Part shown: positions 1-9,070 of the stretch, piece after piece | How the letters are laid out: every line of letters starts with the position of its first letter | How positions within the stretch are numbered: position 1 is the first letter of the stretch | Source of the DNA: a virus | Virus record (IMG/VR): IMGVR_UViG_3300050821_002122 | Span: 32,001-96,000 of that record | Strand: one strand, 5' to 3' | Length of the DNA stretch: 64,000 nucleotides | Notes under the pieces: model-generated | What the model was told of the DNA's origin: nothing | What the model saw: only the letters and a program-made list of their open reading frames with translations | The model's database searches: none | Made by a program: the position numbers and the translations under genes

Positions 1-48
1 TTTCGTTAAACATATTATTTACTATCCATCAATTTTAAGGAGCCTATC

Positions 49-144
49 ATGCACTGGTATGCCTGGGTATTAATCGCAGTTGGTGTGGTCATCGGCCTGG
101 TTATCAAGATGGCTGCGGATTTCGGTAAAGGCGGTCCGACATGA
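49..144 (+). CDS. Small single-TM peptide, 31 aa (MHWYAWVLIAVGVVIGLVIKMAADFGKGGPT); not in ORF track
   Basis: Hand translation; AAGGAG RBS at 38-43; ATGA overlap with next ORF. Confidence 0.7.
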   Translation: MHWYAWVLIAVGVVIGLVIKMAADFGKGGPT

Positions 145-533
145 CGCCACAGGATCAAGAAGTCTTTGAACCTTGGCAGCATGGCGACTGCGCTCGGGCT
201 GTGATAGCATCACTGCTTGATTTACCAATCGCGGAGGTTCCTAACTTTGCGGCATTGGCTACCGAAGGCAATGGTTTCTGGAACATGACTTACGATTGGT
301 TGGAAGCTCGAGGTCTAGAGTTCTTGCCACAAGTGAGCTTGGTCTACTATTGGAGACCCGGTGACCCAGACCTATATCATTACATGATGGGACCTTCGCC
401 TCGCGGTGAGGGTATCTATCATGCAGTGGTTGGGCTGAACGGTGTACCGTATTTCGATCCTCATCCCAGTCGGGCCATGCTTGCCGGTGAGCCCTCACAA
501 TGGCAAATTTCAATAGTAAGGAAAGCAAAATGA
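141..533 (+). CDS. Hypothetical protein, possible papain/C39-like fold
   Basis: GDC near N-terminus, HAVV and FDP motifs in Cys-His-Asp order; coupled by ATGA overlaps on both sides. Confidence 0.55.
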   Translation: MTPQDQEVFEPWQHGDCARAVIASLLDLPIAEVPNFAALATEGNGFWNMTYDWLEARGLEFLPQVSLVYYWRPGDPDLYHYMMGPSPRGEGIYHAVVGLNGVPYFDPHPSRAMLAGEPSQWQISIVRKAK

Positions 534-814
534 AAATCGAAGCCGCACAGCGACTTAAGGCTGCTGGTCCTCCGAATAGCCTCAAGAACACTATCATGCG
601 AGGTTTGACTTCTGCTGGTCATAAGGTTGATCGACAAGGTGACTCAGTATTCGTCGTGCATGCGCGTTTCAACGAAGTAGCTGAAGTTCTTGAGGCATTA
701 GGCTGGGAACATGCTGCCAAGTATAGCGAGTACACCAAACGCGGTGAGGAGTATTCAATAGCCTACACCACCAGCGGTGATGCAACAAAACTTGAGTTCA
801 ATTACGACGCATAA
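530..814 (+). CDS. Hypothetical protein (94 aa, begins MKIEAAQRL)
   Basis: Start reassigned to ATG 530 (AAGGAAAG upstream; ATGA overlap with previous stop). Confidence 0.7.
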   Translation: MKIEAAQRLKAAGPPNSLKNTIMRGLTSAGHKVDRQGDSVFVVHARFNEVAEVLEALGWEHAAKYSEYTKRGEEYSIAYTTSGDATKLEFNYDA

Positions 815-884
815 ATTTCTGGTACCTCAACAGAGGACCGTACTACCTCCTTCACCTTAGAGTGTCTCAATCATGGAGAAATAA

Positions 885-1670
885 ATGAACATCAATTTGC
901 ATGGCCTCAATGCCAACACCGTAGCGATAACGGACTTCAAGATCGTGGCCTCCAAGCTGGCCAAGGTCGTCATCTCGTTCACTGGCAAGTTCGACAAAGC
1001 AGAAGTTACTGCTGCGCTGGGTCGTCAGCTGGGCAATCTGGCAACACCGGTCGAGAACTCGTTCCAGCGTGTCAAAGCTGGCTGCGCTGTCGGCTTCATT
1101 CGCGCTAACCAAGAGGTGCGCGTACCTGAACCGCAGGAGCTGAAAGCGTACAAGATCATGTCGTCCAACATCATGATGGACGAATCGGACAAGTCCTTGT
1201 GGGAAGTTCGCAAAGGTGCTTCGGGTACGTATCTGGCACGTCAGGGTCATGAGGACCTGTCAGAACTGGTGTCGGCTGCTACCAACCATGGCATCCTGAA
1301 TGTACCGCGCCTGAATCACATCGCGCAGGCTTCAGTCGCTCGTCGTGAGTTCGTTGCCTTCGCTTCGGCCTCCGGTGACATGGATTACGGCTTCTGCGTA
1401 GGCGTCAATCGCAACGATGGCATGCTGAAGGTTGTGGCTACCTCGGATCGTCAGGCTGTGGTCATCTCGTCGGAGCAGGTTGTGGCTTCGGTTCCTGTCG
1501 GCAAGAACGCACTTCAGCTGCCGCACGATGCACACGCACGCATTACGGCAAGTGGCATCAGCCGTACCGACGCGGATCAAGAGATCACGTACTACCAGAA
1601 ACTGTACGGCTACGATCCAGCGTACTTGGCTGAAGTTATCCGCCAAGTTGAAGGCACTACCGCAATGTAA
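885..1670 (+). CDS. Hypothetical protein, possibly virion-associated
   Basis: 261-aa ORF, GGAG RBS, followed by a terminator. Confidence 0.7.
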   Translation: MNINLHGLNANTVAITDFKIVASKLAKVVISFTGKFDKAEVTAALGRQLGNLATPVENSFQRVKAGCAVGFIRANQEVRVPEPQELKAYKIMSSNIMMDESDKSLWEVRKGASGTYLARQGHEDLSELVSAATNHGILNVPRLNHIAQASVARREFVAFASASGDMDYGFCVGVNRNDGMLKVVATSDRQAVVISSEQVVASVPVGKNALQLPHDAHARITASGISRTDADQEITYYQKLYGYDPAYLAEVIRQVEGTTAM

Positions 1671-1681
1671 TTAGCCGTACA

Positions 1682-1716
1682 AAAGGGAGCGTCAGAGTTG
1701 ATCTGACGCTCCCTTT
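1682..1716. terminator. Bidirectional intrinsic terminator
   Basis: Perfect 15-bp inverted repeat AAAGGGAGCGTCAGA-gttga-TCTGACGCTCCCTTT between convergent genes. Confidence 0.85.
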
Positions 1717-1748
1717 ACCACGCATGTACTATGTGCTTTAAGCACTAA

Positions 1749-1804
1749 AATAGCACCATAGCACCCCTTGCCTGGTAGTGCCTGAGGTGCTCTATGGTGC
1801 TGTT
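1749..1804 (-). terminator. Long imperfect hairpin right after the stop of 1803..2411
   Basis: AATAGCACCATAG-CACC (1749-1765) vs GGTG-CT-CTATGGTGCTGTT (1786-1804); T-tract follows on - strand. Confidence 0.5.
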
Positions 1805-2411
1805 ACTGAGCTGCTGGCAGATCAACAACTGGAGCGGTTGGGTCAACTGCCAGAGCCGTTGGATCATCCACCACTGGTGCTTCTGCGGGTGCTTCGGTTG
1901 GAGCCGATTGCATTGCCAGCGCATCTTGCACAGCCTCACCAGCTGGTTGTGCATCCACAGCGGGCGATGCGTCAGCAACTGGAGCAGTTGGGTCCACAAC
2001 CGTTTGTTGAACGTCGGCTGCTGTACCATCGTTGGTCACCGCACTGTCAGCCACTTGCTGCACATCAGCGTTGCCGTCAGCCGCCGTATCGGTGGTGTCC
2101 GAACTGGCAGTATCTTGGGCGGCAGCGGCCACGATTTCGTCAGGGATGATGCCACCTTGTTGAGGACGGGTCGCCAGTGCCTCGATTGCTTGGTAACCAC
2201 CCTGCAGGCCTTGGATTGCGTTCTGCATGTTCTGGATAGCCGACGACGCGAATGGTGCCGTGTCACGCACGCCCTGGTTGTAGAAGAAACGGGCGTTGTC
2301 GATGGCGACTTGGCTCCAGGTTTCACGCCACGCTGGCGATGCCACATTCAGTGCGTTCTCGAAGCCGATTTGTACGGTGACGGTTTCGTCTTGGGTTGCT
2401 TGCTCGGTCAT
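1803..2411 (-). CDS. Acidic, lysine-free, low-complexity protein
   Basis: 202 aa; AAGGAA RBS; A/D/V/P/T-rich C-terminal half with VDPTA-type repeats. Confidence 0.75.
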   Translation of the reverse strand: MTEQATQDETVTVQIGFENALNVASPAWRETWSQVAIDNARFFYNQGVRDTAPFASSAIQNMQNAIQGLQGGYQAIEALATRPQQGGIIPDEIVAAAAQDTASSDTTDTAADGNADVQQVADSAVTNDGTAADVQQTVVDPTAPVADASPAVDAQPAGEAVQDALAMQSAPTEAPAEAPVVDDPTALAVDPTAPVVDLPAAQ

Positions 2412-2429
2412 AATAGTTCCTTAGTTAGG

Positions 2430-3764
2430 TTAAACATCTGAAGCTGCTAAATTGGGGAGCTCCTTCCCTTTCTTCTTAACACTTGCCAACGACTCCGACT
2501 CTTGCATGTCCACTCCATATACGCGCATCTTAGCACCATCTATACGCATTAGGAATGGGAAGCTTAGACTGTTGCGTGATTTAGGTTGATCGACCTTCAC
2601 CACCCAACCGTCATTCTTTATCTCCGGTGTCGATATCCAAATCCAACTATTGGAACTGTGTTCCGATATCGCCCGTGAGTATTTCAGTTTACCTTCTTCG
2701 TTCACCTGACAGATGAGGATGTTCACTCGGTTGCTGTTCTCAGCATTAATCTTGGCATAGCGCGCAACACGACCAAGAGCCTTTACTTGGTCATCGCCAT
2801 CAACACCTTTCAACAAGCTGATGTAATCGATGATGACCACATCAACGTCGAATGCGTTGATCGAAGCCATGATCTCCTCAATCGTCATGTCCTCTTCGGG
2901 TTTGAAGATCGTGTATCTACCACCACGCTTCTTGGCACGCTTTACCCATTTCTTGTACTTCAGGCGAACATGATCCTTCTCGTTCCCTTTGAGCTTTTGT
3001 AGCCACAAATCTGAGAAGTCTGTATTGGTTATGTTGGCAACGATACGCGCCGTCATCTCCTTCTTCGACATCTCCAATGGTACCAGCAGGACTTTGTAGC
3101 CTCTGCTTGCCATATTTACTGCTAGAGCCGACGCACAAATCGACTTGCCGCCGCCCGAGTTCGCACCGATGGTAACCAGACTACCTCGTGCAAATCCTCC
3201 AGCTTCATTATCGAAGGCGTCAATGCCGGTTTCGATAATGTCTTCCGACCGATCTTCGTCCAATAACTCATTCACGATTTTCATCGAGTTGTTATTGGCA
3301 CCGAAGTGAATAAACGAATCGTCCGTTGCCTTCTTGGCACGTACAACGTTAAGTGCTGTTGCAGCGCGGTGCAGCACTGCATCGATATCGATCTTTGACT
3401 TCTTAAGGTTAGTTGCCAGGTCAGCAGCAAGGTTGTAGAGGCCCCTGCGCTGGCGATACTTGTTCAGTATCGATGCAGCCTTTACTGCATCTGCTCTACT
3501 GTGAATTGAGGCGGTTGATTCTTTGATGTGGTCACGCGCCTCATCACTGATATCTGGGTCTTCGATCAACAACCGGTACGTCGGATTCTTACCCAACACA
3601 CCCATGTTCTTCATGATCGCTTCGTATATTTCTAGCGACTCCGGCGAATAGAAAAACGTGTCGTCAACCGCCCCAATCAACGTACCACTTATCTTAGGGT
3701 CTTTGCTTAGCATGCCGCGTAAGACTGCAAGCTCTGCCTTCGGAGATACGATCTTGACTCCCAT
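2430..3764 (-). CDS. dnaB: Replicative DNA helicase, DnaB family
   Basis: Walker A GANSGGGKS, PLEMS motif, Walker B IIDYISLL, N-terminal AELAVL..ML helical domain. Confidence 0.9.
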   Translation of the reverse strand: MGVKIVSPKAELAVLRGMLSKDPKISGTLIGAVDDTFFYSPESLEIYEAIMKNMGVLGKNPTYRLLIEDPDISDEARDHIKESTASIHSRADAVKAASILNKYRQRRGLYNLAADLATNLKKSKIDIDAVLHRAATALNVVRAKKATDDSFIHFGANNNSMKIVNELLDEDRSEDIIETGIDAFDNEAGGFARGSLVTIGANSGGGKSICASALAVNMASRGYKVLLVPLEMSKKEMTARIVANITNTDFSDLWLQKLKGNEKDHVRLKYKKWVKRAKKRGGRYTIFKPEEDMTIEEIMASINAFDVDVVIIDYISLLKGVDGDDQVKALGRVARYAKINAENSNRVNILICQVNEEGKLKYSRAISEHSSNSWIWISTPEIKNDGWVVKVDQPKSRNSLSFPFLMRIDGAKMRVYGVDMQESESLASVKKKGKELPNLAASDV

Positions 3765-3774
3765 CTTACCTCCT

Positions 3775-4419
3775 CTAAATAATGTCTATCTTTTTCTTCA
3801 CAATCGAATCAATGAAGTAGGCCAAGCCATGTACCGGGCAGAATAAACGTGTCGCCAGAAATGACATCGGGTCCAGACCAGCGCATACCACAATGCGCGG
3901 TACGTTTGGATAAGCCTCAATTATGTCGCGTGCTTTTTCTATACGGAATGCTGTGGAGTTCACCGTCAGGTTCGTGATGACTATAAGCGTTGGCGGTGCC
4001 CTCTCTTTGTCCAGATAGTGGTTGTCGAAGCCACCATACAGCGTAGCCCAAACTGGATTCGCATCACCCTTAAGGTGTTGCATGTGTAGCGCGACCAAAT
4101 AGGCCGCAAAATACTTCGCTTTCGCGTCGTCTGGGTTTCCACCAACTCCGTAGATCATAGACCGACATGGGTTCTCGATGAACTTAGCCAGAGATTTGTC
4201 TTGGACCGTCGACTCTATGAACTTGGAGTTCAGTTGCTCACTCTCTGTTGCGAACGTCTGGGGCGACCACTTGAATGCTTTCGTACGCCACACATGACCA
4301 GGTACGATACGCTCTACGCCGTGTTTGCGATCTATCTCAATCAGCTTAGGCAAACCAGCATCCTCTGATGGTCGTTCACGTACACGCCTTTCCTTCTTAC
4401 CTCTTGCAATGACTTCCAT
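3775..4419 (-). CDS. Hypothetical protein; possible degenerate DnaC/IstB-like helicase loader
   Basis: 214 aa, directly upstream of dnaB, alpha/beta pattern without an intact P-loop. Confidence 0.35.
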   Translation of the reverse strand: MEVIARGKKERRVRERPSEDAGLPKLIEIDRKHGVERIVPGHVWRTKAFKWSPQTFATESEQLNSKFIESTVQDKSLAKFIENPCRSMIYGVGGNPDDAKAKYFAAYLVALHMQHLKGDANPVWATLYGGFDNHYLDKERAPPTLIVITNLTVNSTAFRIEKARDIIEAYPNVPRIVVCAGLDPMSFLATRLFCPVHGLAYFIDSIVKKKIDII

Positions 4420-4431
4420 CTCGACTCCTGG

Positions 4432-4827
4432 TCAGCAGTTCAAGACCTCAACGTTGGCGATCACGGTCGATCCTTTCAAGGTCTCGACTTTATTTACTGC
4501 GTCGTATACCAGCTGACAAAATCCTGCGAGACGCATCACATGGCCATACGACTGAACCAAAGACGCCTGTATGTCGCATGAGCATCCCATGGCCTCACGC
4601 AGCACGCTAGCGACTTCTCGTACCTTACTTTCATCGATCAGGAACTTGTCCATCGGCTGGTCACGGTCAACGATCTGAAGCAAGCACCAATCGTTCGCCG
4701 CCATCTGATCTTGAATCAAGTAGCGATAGTTAGCGTAGGCTTCGTGCACCTTCTGGTTTGTTGCGAACAGATGCTGACCATGTTCCAGCGTCTTGTCATG
4801 TGCGATCAGGATTGAAACGCGTGTCAT
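4432..4827 (-). CDS. Hypothetical protein
   Basis: 131-aa ORF tiling the operon. Confidence 0.65.
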   Translation of the reverse strand: MTRVSILIAHDKTLEHGQHLFATNQKVHEAYANYRYLIQDQMAANDWCLLQIVDRDQPMDKFLIDESKVREVASVLREAMGCSCDIQASLVQSYGHVMRLAGFCQLVYDAVNKVETLKGSTVIANVEVLNC

Positions 4828-4830
4828 AGT

Positions 4831-5019
4831 TTAGTCCTTGAAGTATTTGTTGAACACTGTGTTGATGATCTCAAGCTGCTTCTGGTCAAGCTGGTCCATC
4901 TTGGTAGCGCGGTCTGAAGAGGTCCACGCAATATCGATAAACGATTGCTCCGCATCCGTGAGACCTTTGGTAGTGAATAGCGCTATCAATTTGGATGAAT
5001 AGATACTTAGCGGTGCCAT
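4831..5019 (-). CDS. Hypothetical protein
   Basis: 62-aa ORF, GAGGA RBS, tiles operon. Confidence 0.6.
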   Translation of the reverse strand: MAPLSIYSSKLIALFTTKGLTDAEQSFIDIAWTSSDRATKMDQLDQKQLEIINTVFNKYFKD

Positions 5020-5028
5020 GATTTCCTC

Positions 5029-6561
5029 CTATAGTTCCCAGCTTGCGTGTTCGGCTTTCTGCTTCTCAGCAAGGTAGCCTTTTAAGATTATCAAATCTTT
5101 GTCTGTTATGATAGGCCTGAACTTCGGGCTGATCGTTGACCACCATTCGTTTGCCAGACAGCGCTTGCGAATGCTCAGATCATCTAAGAAAATACGCAGC
5201 AGCGGAGGAGGTTTATCATCCCATGGTGTCAAGATACGGCTGACACGCTGCTCGGCATTTTCTTTGTTGCTCGACATGGTAACCTCATACAACGCGGACG
5301 CTCGCGGTATGTTTAGGCCCGTACTCAGCAACTTAATGTTACCAACTATGATCCGCACCTTGTAGTTCCGTGCGTCTTGAATAAGCTGCTTACGCACATC
5401 TTTTTTCAGGCCACCGAAGAATGGCTTCGCCATCTTCTTACCACTCATGATGTTGATCGCTTTACACAGTGCCTTTATGACGGTCACTCGTGCAAACGGT
5501 ATCAGTACCATGTGTCCATCTTTTGCATCTTTGATCGCCCATTTAGCAATTAGCTTCAATCGTGCAGGGTCTTTCTCCAAATGCGAGACCAGCGAGACCC
5601 ACTGTGGCTGCGCACGACCAATGACACGGCGATACTGAGTCCTGACCAATCGCACAGTTGGGCGTAACCGTTTGACTTTGGCCTCATAGATCACCTTACC
5701 GATCAAAGCATCGATGATGACGAAGCGACCATCTTTACGATTCGGCGTACCGTCCAGACCAATCTTGTACTTCACGTTCAAGCGCGATATAGCAATAGCG
5801 AACTTGTTGGCTGCACCGAGGCGCACCTCATCAACTACCAGCACAGTGAACATATCTCGTATCTTGGCCAAAAGCTTTTGGCCTTTCTCGGAATTGAATG
5901 TCTGCACGGTGGTTAAACAGACATCATACTTCTTGAAGTCAGCTAAGGTTTTTGCAAACCCTACCTGCGATTTCTTCGCATTGGTTAGCGGCTTCTGCGT
6001 AGAGGAACCGCAGAAGGTCTCATGGAAACCATCCAACCACTCACGCTGCGATGCCAAGATCAACGTCTTCTTACCAATCTCGCAGACTGCTGCGGTCGAC
6101 AGAACTGTCTTACCGCTACGTGGTGGTGCCTTGATGATACCTTGCTTGGTCTTCTTTATGCAGTCAACTGCCTCCCTCTGGTGGCCTCTCAACTCACCAG
6201 TGAACTTCATCTTGCGCGAGAAGGCCTCTACGTTATGCTTCGACTTGTAGACGACCTCCTTACCGATGATGCGTTCCATGTTCTTGCGATCACCGAATGG
6301 CAGGCTAATGTATGGAACCTTCTTGAACGTCACAGCTTTGCATAGGTTGACGCCACCTTTATACGCTGGACAGTCCTCGCATTTCTCGCTCAGACCACTT
6401 GCGTCCGCAAGGCGTTCTTCGTGCCACTCGCAGTTAGCGCAGGCTTTCTCTTCAAAGAATAGATGGCGGTTATGGAGTTCTAGTTTCTCCAGCGTGCTGG
6501 GCTTTAGGTCCTTCTTGCGAATGAAAAAGGCCTCTCTCTTGTAAATCTTAATTGGTTCCAT
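5029..6561 (-). CDS. uvsW: Superfamily 2 helicase, UvsW-like
   Basis: LRGHQREA Q-motif, APPRSGKT, VVDEVR, DGTPNR, STGLNIP, EQRVSRI. Confidence 0.8.
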   Translation of the reverse strand: MEPIKIYKREAFFIRKKDLKPSTLEKLELHNRHLFFEEKACANCEWHEERLADASGLSEKCEDCPAYKGGVNLCKAVTFKKVPYISLPFGDRKNMERIIGKEVVYKSKHNVEAFSRKMKFTGELRGHQREAVDCIKKTKQGIIKAPPRSGKTVLSTAAVCEIGKKTLILASQREWLDGFHETFCGSSTQKPLTNAKKSQVGFAKTLADFKKYDVCLTTVQTFNSEKGQKLLAKIRDMFTVLVVDEVRLGAANKFAIAISRLNVKYKIGLDGTPNRKDGRFVIIDALIGKVIYEAKVKRLRPTVRLVRTQYRRVIGRAQPQWVSLVSHLEKDPARLKLIAKWAIKDAKDGHMVLIPFARVTVIKALCKAINIMSGKKMAKPFFGGLKKDVRKQLIQDARNYKVRIIVGNIKLLSTGLNIPRASALYEVTMSSNKENAEQRVSRILTPWDDKPPPLLRIFLDDLSIRKRCLANEWWSTISPKFRPIITDKDLIILKGYLAEKQKAEHASWEL

Positions 6562-6967
6562 TTGTTATCGCCAGGTATGCGTCATCACTAAGTATATGTC
6601 TCTTCATGTACTCGATGATCGACGGCCCTCCATTGATCCACATAGTGGCACCTTGTTTTGCTCCAGCATTGACCTTGGTGCTCAGTCGCAGCGTCAGTTT
6701 TGTATTCTCCATCACCTCACACAACCAGGCAATTTGGCGGTAGCAGCACATTTGTCCGTGCAGGTAAATAAAATTAGTACATACTTCTTCTACCACTGCC
6801 GCGTCTTTAACGATCACATTGCCTGGCTTCAGTTCGCGGCCATTCTCTTCGATGGTAAACACACAGCGGGCCTCATCCATCCTGATGACGGACGACCACC
6901 AGCCACGGAATGTCTTGTTAATTGGCGCTTGGTTGCGGCTTAGCGCGTAGCCTTCAGGAAGTATCAT
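6548..6967 (-). CDS. Hypothetical protein
   Basis: 139 aa, overlaps both neighbours. Confidence 0.65.
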   Translation of the reverse strand: MILPEGYALSRNQAPINKTFRGWWSSVIRMDEARCVFTIEENGRELKPGNVIVKDAAVVEEVCTNFIYLHGQMCCYRQIAWLCEVMENTKLTLRLSTKVNAGAKQGATMWINGGPSIIEYMKRHILSDDAYLAITNGTN

Positions 6968-7482
6968 AATGTTTTACCCGGTTTGTCACTCATCAGCTTC
7001 AACACATCAACCATATTGGATAAGTGGTATGAAGCCTTATCGATGTCGGAGATAAGACTGTCTAGCAGCGAAAGCAAGGCTTTACCTTCACCCTCCAGTT
7101 GCACTGCCTTGGCAATCAGATTGTCAATGAAGGCTTGACGCTGACCCACCGTCTTATAAACCTTCATCTGGTCTGCATACTCAGTCAAAATATGGTGCTT
7201 GATTGCCTTCGACGCGTCATGTACGGTATCGATTTGAATTGAGGCTTGAACACGAATCTCCACCAGCCGCGAACGACAGGACATTTCGTTCATGCAGGCG
7301 TCTAACAGAGATTTGGCAGAGTACTGCTTCTTACCGTACATCGCGCGACTCAGCCTACCACTATGCATCGATAACGCCTCTATACGGTCACGCTCCAGGT
7401 TTAGGCGTGATTCTGACTCAAGACGAATCTTGGTGAACAGCTTGAACTCCTTGCTGCTCCTGATATCCGATTTTAGACCCAT
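6964..7482 (-). CDS. Helical protein, possible UvsY-like recombination mediator
   Basis: All-helical 172 aa with heptad C-terminus, near UvsW-like gene (T4 uvsY/uvsW linkage); function inferred. Confidence 0.35.
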   Translation of the reverse strand: MGLKSDIRSSKEFKLFTKIRLESESRLNLERDRIEALSMHSGRLSRAMYGKKQYSAKSLLDACMNEMSCRSRLVEIRVQASIQIDTVHDASKAIKHHILTEYADQMKVYKTVGQRQAFIDNLIAKAVQLEGEGKALLSLLDSLISDIDKASYHLSNMVDVLKLMSDKPGKTL

Positions 7483-7491
7483 GTCACTCTC

Positions 7492-7908
7492 CTATTGTTC
7501 ACGGAAAATCTGCTCTATCTCTGTATTTACTTTAGGGGAGATTGCCAGAGTCCCACGATTCGGGTAATTGTAGACCACCAGGTCCTGCGTTTTAATCAGC
7601 GTCTCACACTCAGTGGCCTCTTGCCGGCGATTCATGTGTGTCAGCAGATAGCCACCTTCGTTACGAATCGTGAACTTGGAGGTGAAGTAGAAGCCACAAC
7701 GCTCACCTATCGAGAGACCTTCATTGTTGCCTGGCACCTCGACCAAGAAGATCGAGAACATGCACCGAAGAGGTAATTCCTTAACGATACGCATATCACG
7801 CTGACGGCGCACATTAATCGTTGGTAGAAAGAAGCCTCGCTCCGCGTCTTCGTAGAACACACCCGGTGATGCATCGATAGCCAACGCGAACATAAAATCG
7901 ACTTGCAT
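7492..7908 (-). CDS. Hypothetical protein
   Basis: 138 aa, tiles operon. Confidence 0.65.
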   Translation of the reverse strand: MQVDFMFALAIDASPGVFYEDAERGFFLPTINVRRQRDMRIVKELPLRCMFSIFLVEVPGNNEGLSIGERCGFYFTSKFTIRNEGGYLLTHMNRRQEATECETLIKTQDLVVYNYPNRGTLAISPKVNTEIEQIFREQ

Positions 7909-7909
7909 T

Positions 7910-8989
7910 TTATTCCTCTTCGGAAGTCTCTTGATTCAGCGACACGATCACTGTGCCTACCTTCAGGTGGAAGGCAATGAACTGGTCATCCACGATTTTC
8001 ATCTGCACCACATCACCACTCTTGCGAATCGCTTCGTCCAAAAACTCGAAGTCGATCATCACCTTGATCTTTTTGCTCTTGGTAGTCTTGATGAGCGCCT
8101 TCGTGGAACCATTCGAGGTCTGCACTGCCAGCGACATTTTGCCGTCAGCTACAGTCAAGCTTACTTCTGAACGTTCTTTGGTAGCAACTGCGCGAGCATT
8201 GTCCATGAAGGCGATGATGTCCTCCTTCTTGACCTCCACCTCAGTGCCTTTGCTACCTTTGATATCCTTGACCGCTGAGATTACTTCCTCCAACTTGAGT
8301 TCGTTCTCTTCCTCTTGCGGCAAACTCAGCGCTACTTTGACCAGCTTGTTCGACACATACAGGTTGGACTTGGATAGTTCGATGGTGAACTCGCCCTTGA
8401 ACGCATCGAGAACAGCTTGGAACATATCTAGGGGCAACTTCACCTCCATTGAACCAGTGATTTCGTTGGAGTGAATGAACGCCATATGATTGCTGTCGTA
8501 ACAGGCAACGAATGCGCCCTTGTTCGTCAGCTTGACCGACAAGGGCATGAAGGTAGCAATCAGCGTCGTTGGCTTCAGCGCAACAGCAGAAACAGTCGTG
8601 CGTAACCACGATGCCTGTTCAGCATCGATTTTGATGGCCTTCTCTTTCTTGTCTTGATCGTCCTCAAGCTGCATTGCGTCCACTGTTGGCAGCTCGCACT
8701 TGTAGGCACCGCTGGTGATCTTGCACAGCGTTTTGTCGTAAGCTATTTTCAGGTCCTTGCGTCCCTTAGTCGCATCCCTCAAGCTCTGCATAGCGACAGC
8801 GAACACATTTGCTTTGCCTTCAACGTCGCCCGGTAACGTGACTGAGCAACTGGATGTCTCACTGTTGGATACCATATGTACACGCTTACCATTCGACTGA
8901 ACAGCAACGTTACCACTTACCGGTGGGGCCAGACGCGATATGATTCGGATGGCTTCTTGCAGGGCGTCATTTGTCGTAGAGATTTGCAT
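7910..8989 (-). CDS. dnaN: Sliding clamp, bacterial beta/DnaN type
   Basis: 359 aa, three-domain size, DnaN-like start (ISTTNDALQEAIRII) and end (IDFEFLDEAI..SGDVVQMKI). Confidence 0.75.
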   Translation of the reverse strand: MQISTTNDALQEAIRIISRLAPPVSGNVAVQSNGKRVHMVSNSETSSCSVTLPGDVEGKANVFAVAMQSLRDATKGRKDLKIAYDKTLCKITSGAYKCELPTVDAMQLEDDQDKKEKAIKIDAEQASWLRTTVSAVALKPTTLIATFMPLSVKLTNKGAFVACYDSNHMAFIHSNEITGSMEVKLPLDMFQAVLDAFKGEFTIELSKSNLYVSNKLVKVALSLPQEEENELKLEEVISAVKDIKGSKGTEVEVKKEDIIAFMDNARAVATKERSEVSLTVADGKMSLAVQTSNGSTKALIKTTKSKKIKVMIDFEFLDEAIRKSGDVVQMKIVDDQFIAFHLKVGTVIVSLNQETSEEE

Positions 8990-9017
8990 GATTTTGTCTG
9001 TGAGTTGGTGTCTGTCT

Positions 9018-9027
9018 TATTTACTGT
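9018..9027 (-). promoter_or_regulatory. ACAGTAAATA motif (candidate phage promoter class A)
   Basis: Exact 10-mer also at 15313, 23971, 56100, each 18-28 nt upstream of a - strand start. Confidence 0.6.
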
Positions 9028-9030
9028 GAC

Positions 9031-9064
9031 GAAGAAAGCCTGCTACCATTTCTAGCAGCAGGCT
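9031..9064 (-). terminator. Intrinsic terminator with GAAA tetraloop
   Basis: - strand AGCCTGCTGCTA-GAAA-TGGTAGCAGGCT then TTCTTC. Confidence 0.7.
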
Positions 9065-9070
9065 CGTGTA

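Noticed and set aside
1745-2441. Overlapping ORFs 1745..2029, 1778..2149, 1794..2441, 2036..2347
   Set aside because: Shadow frames of the repeat-rich 1803..2411 gene; no RBS or recognisable motifs
2430-3764. Intein or intron in DnaB (also considered for portal)
   Set aside because: Lengths are ordinary, motifs are contiguous, no intein terminal motifs
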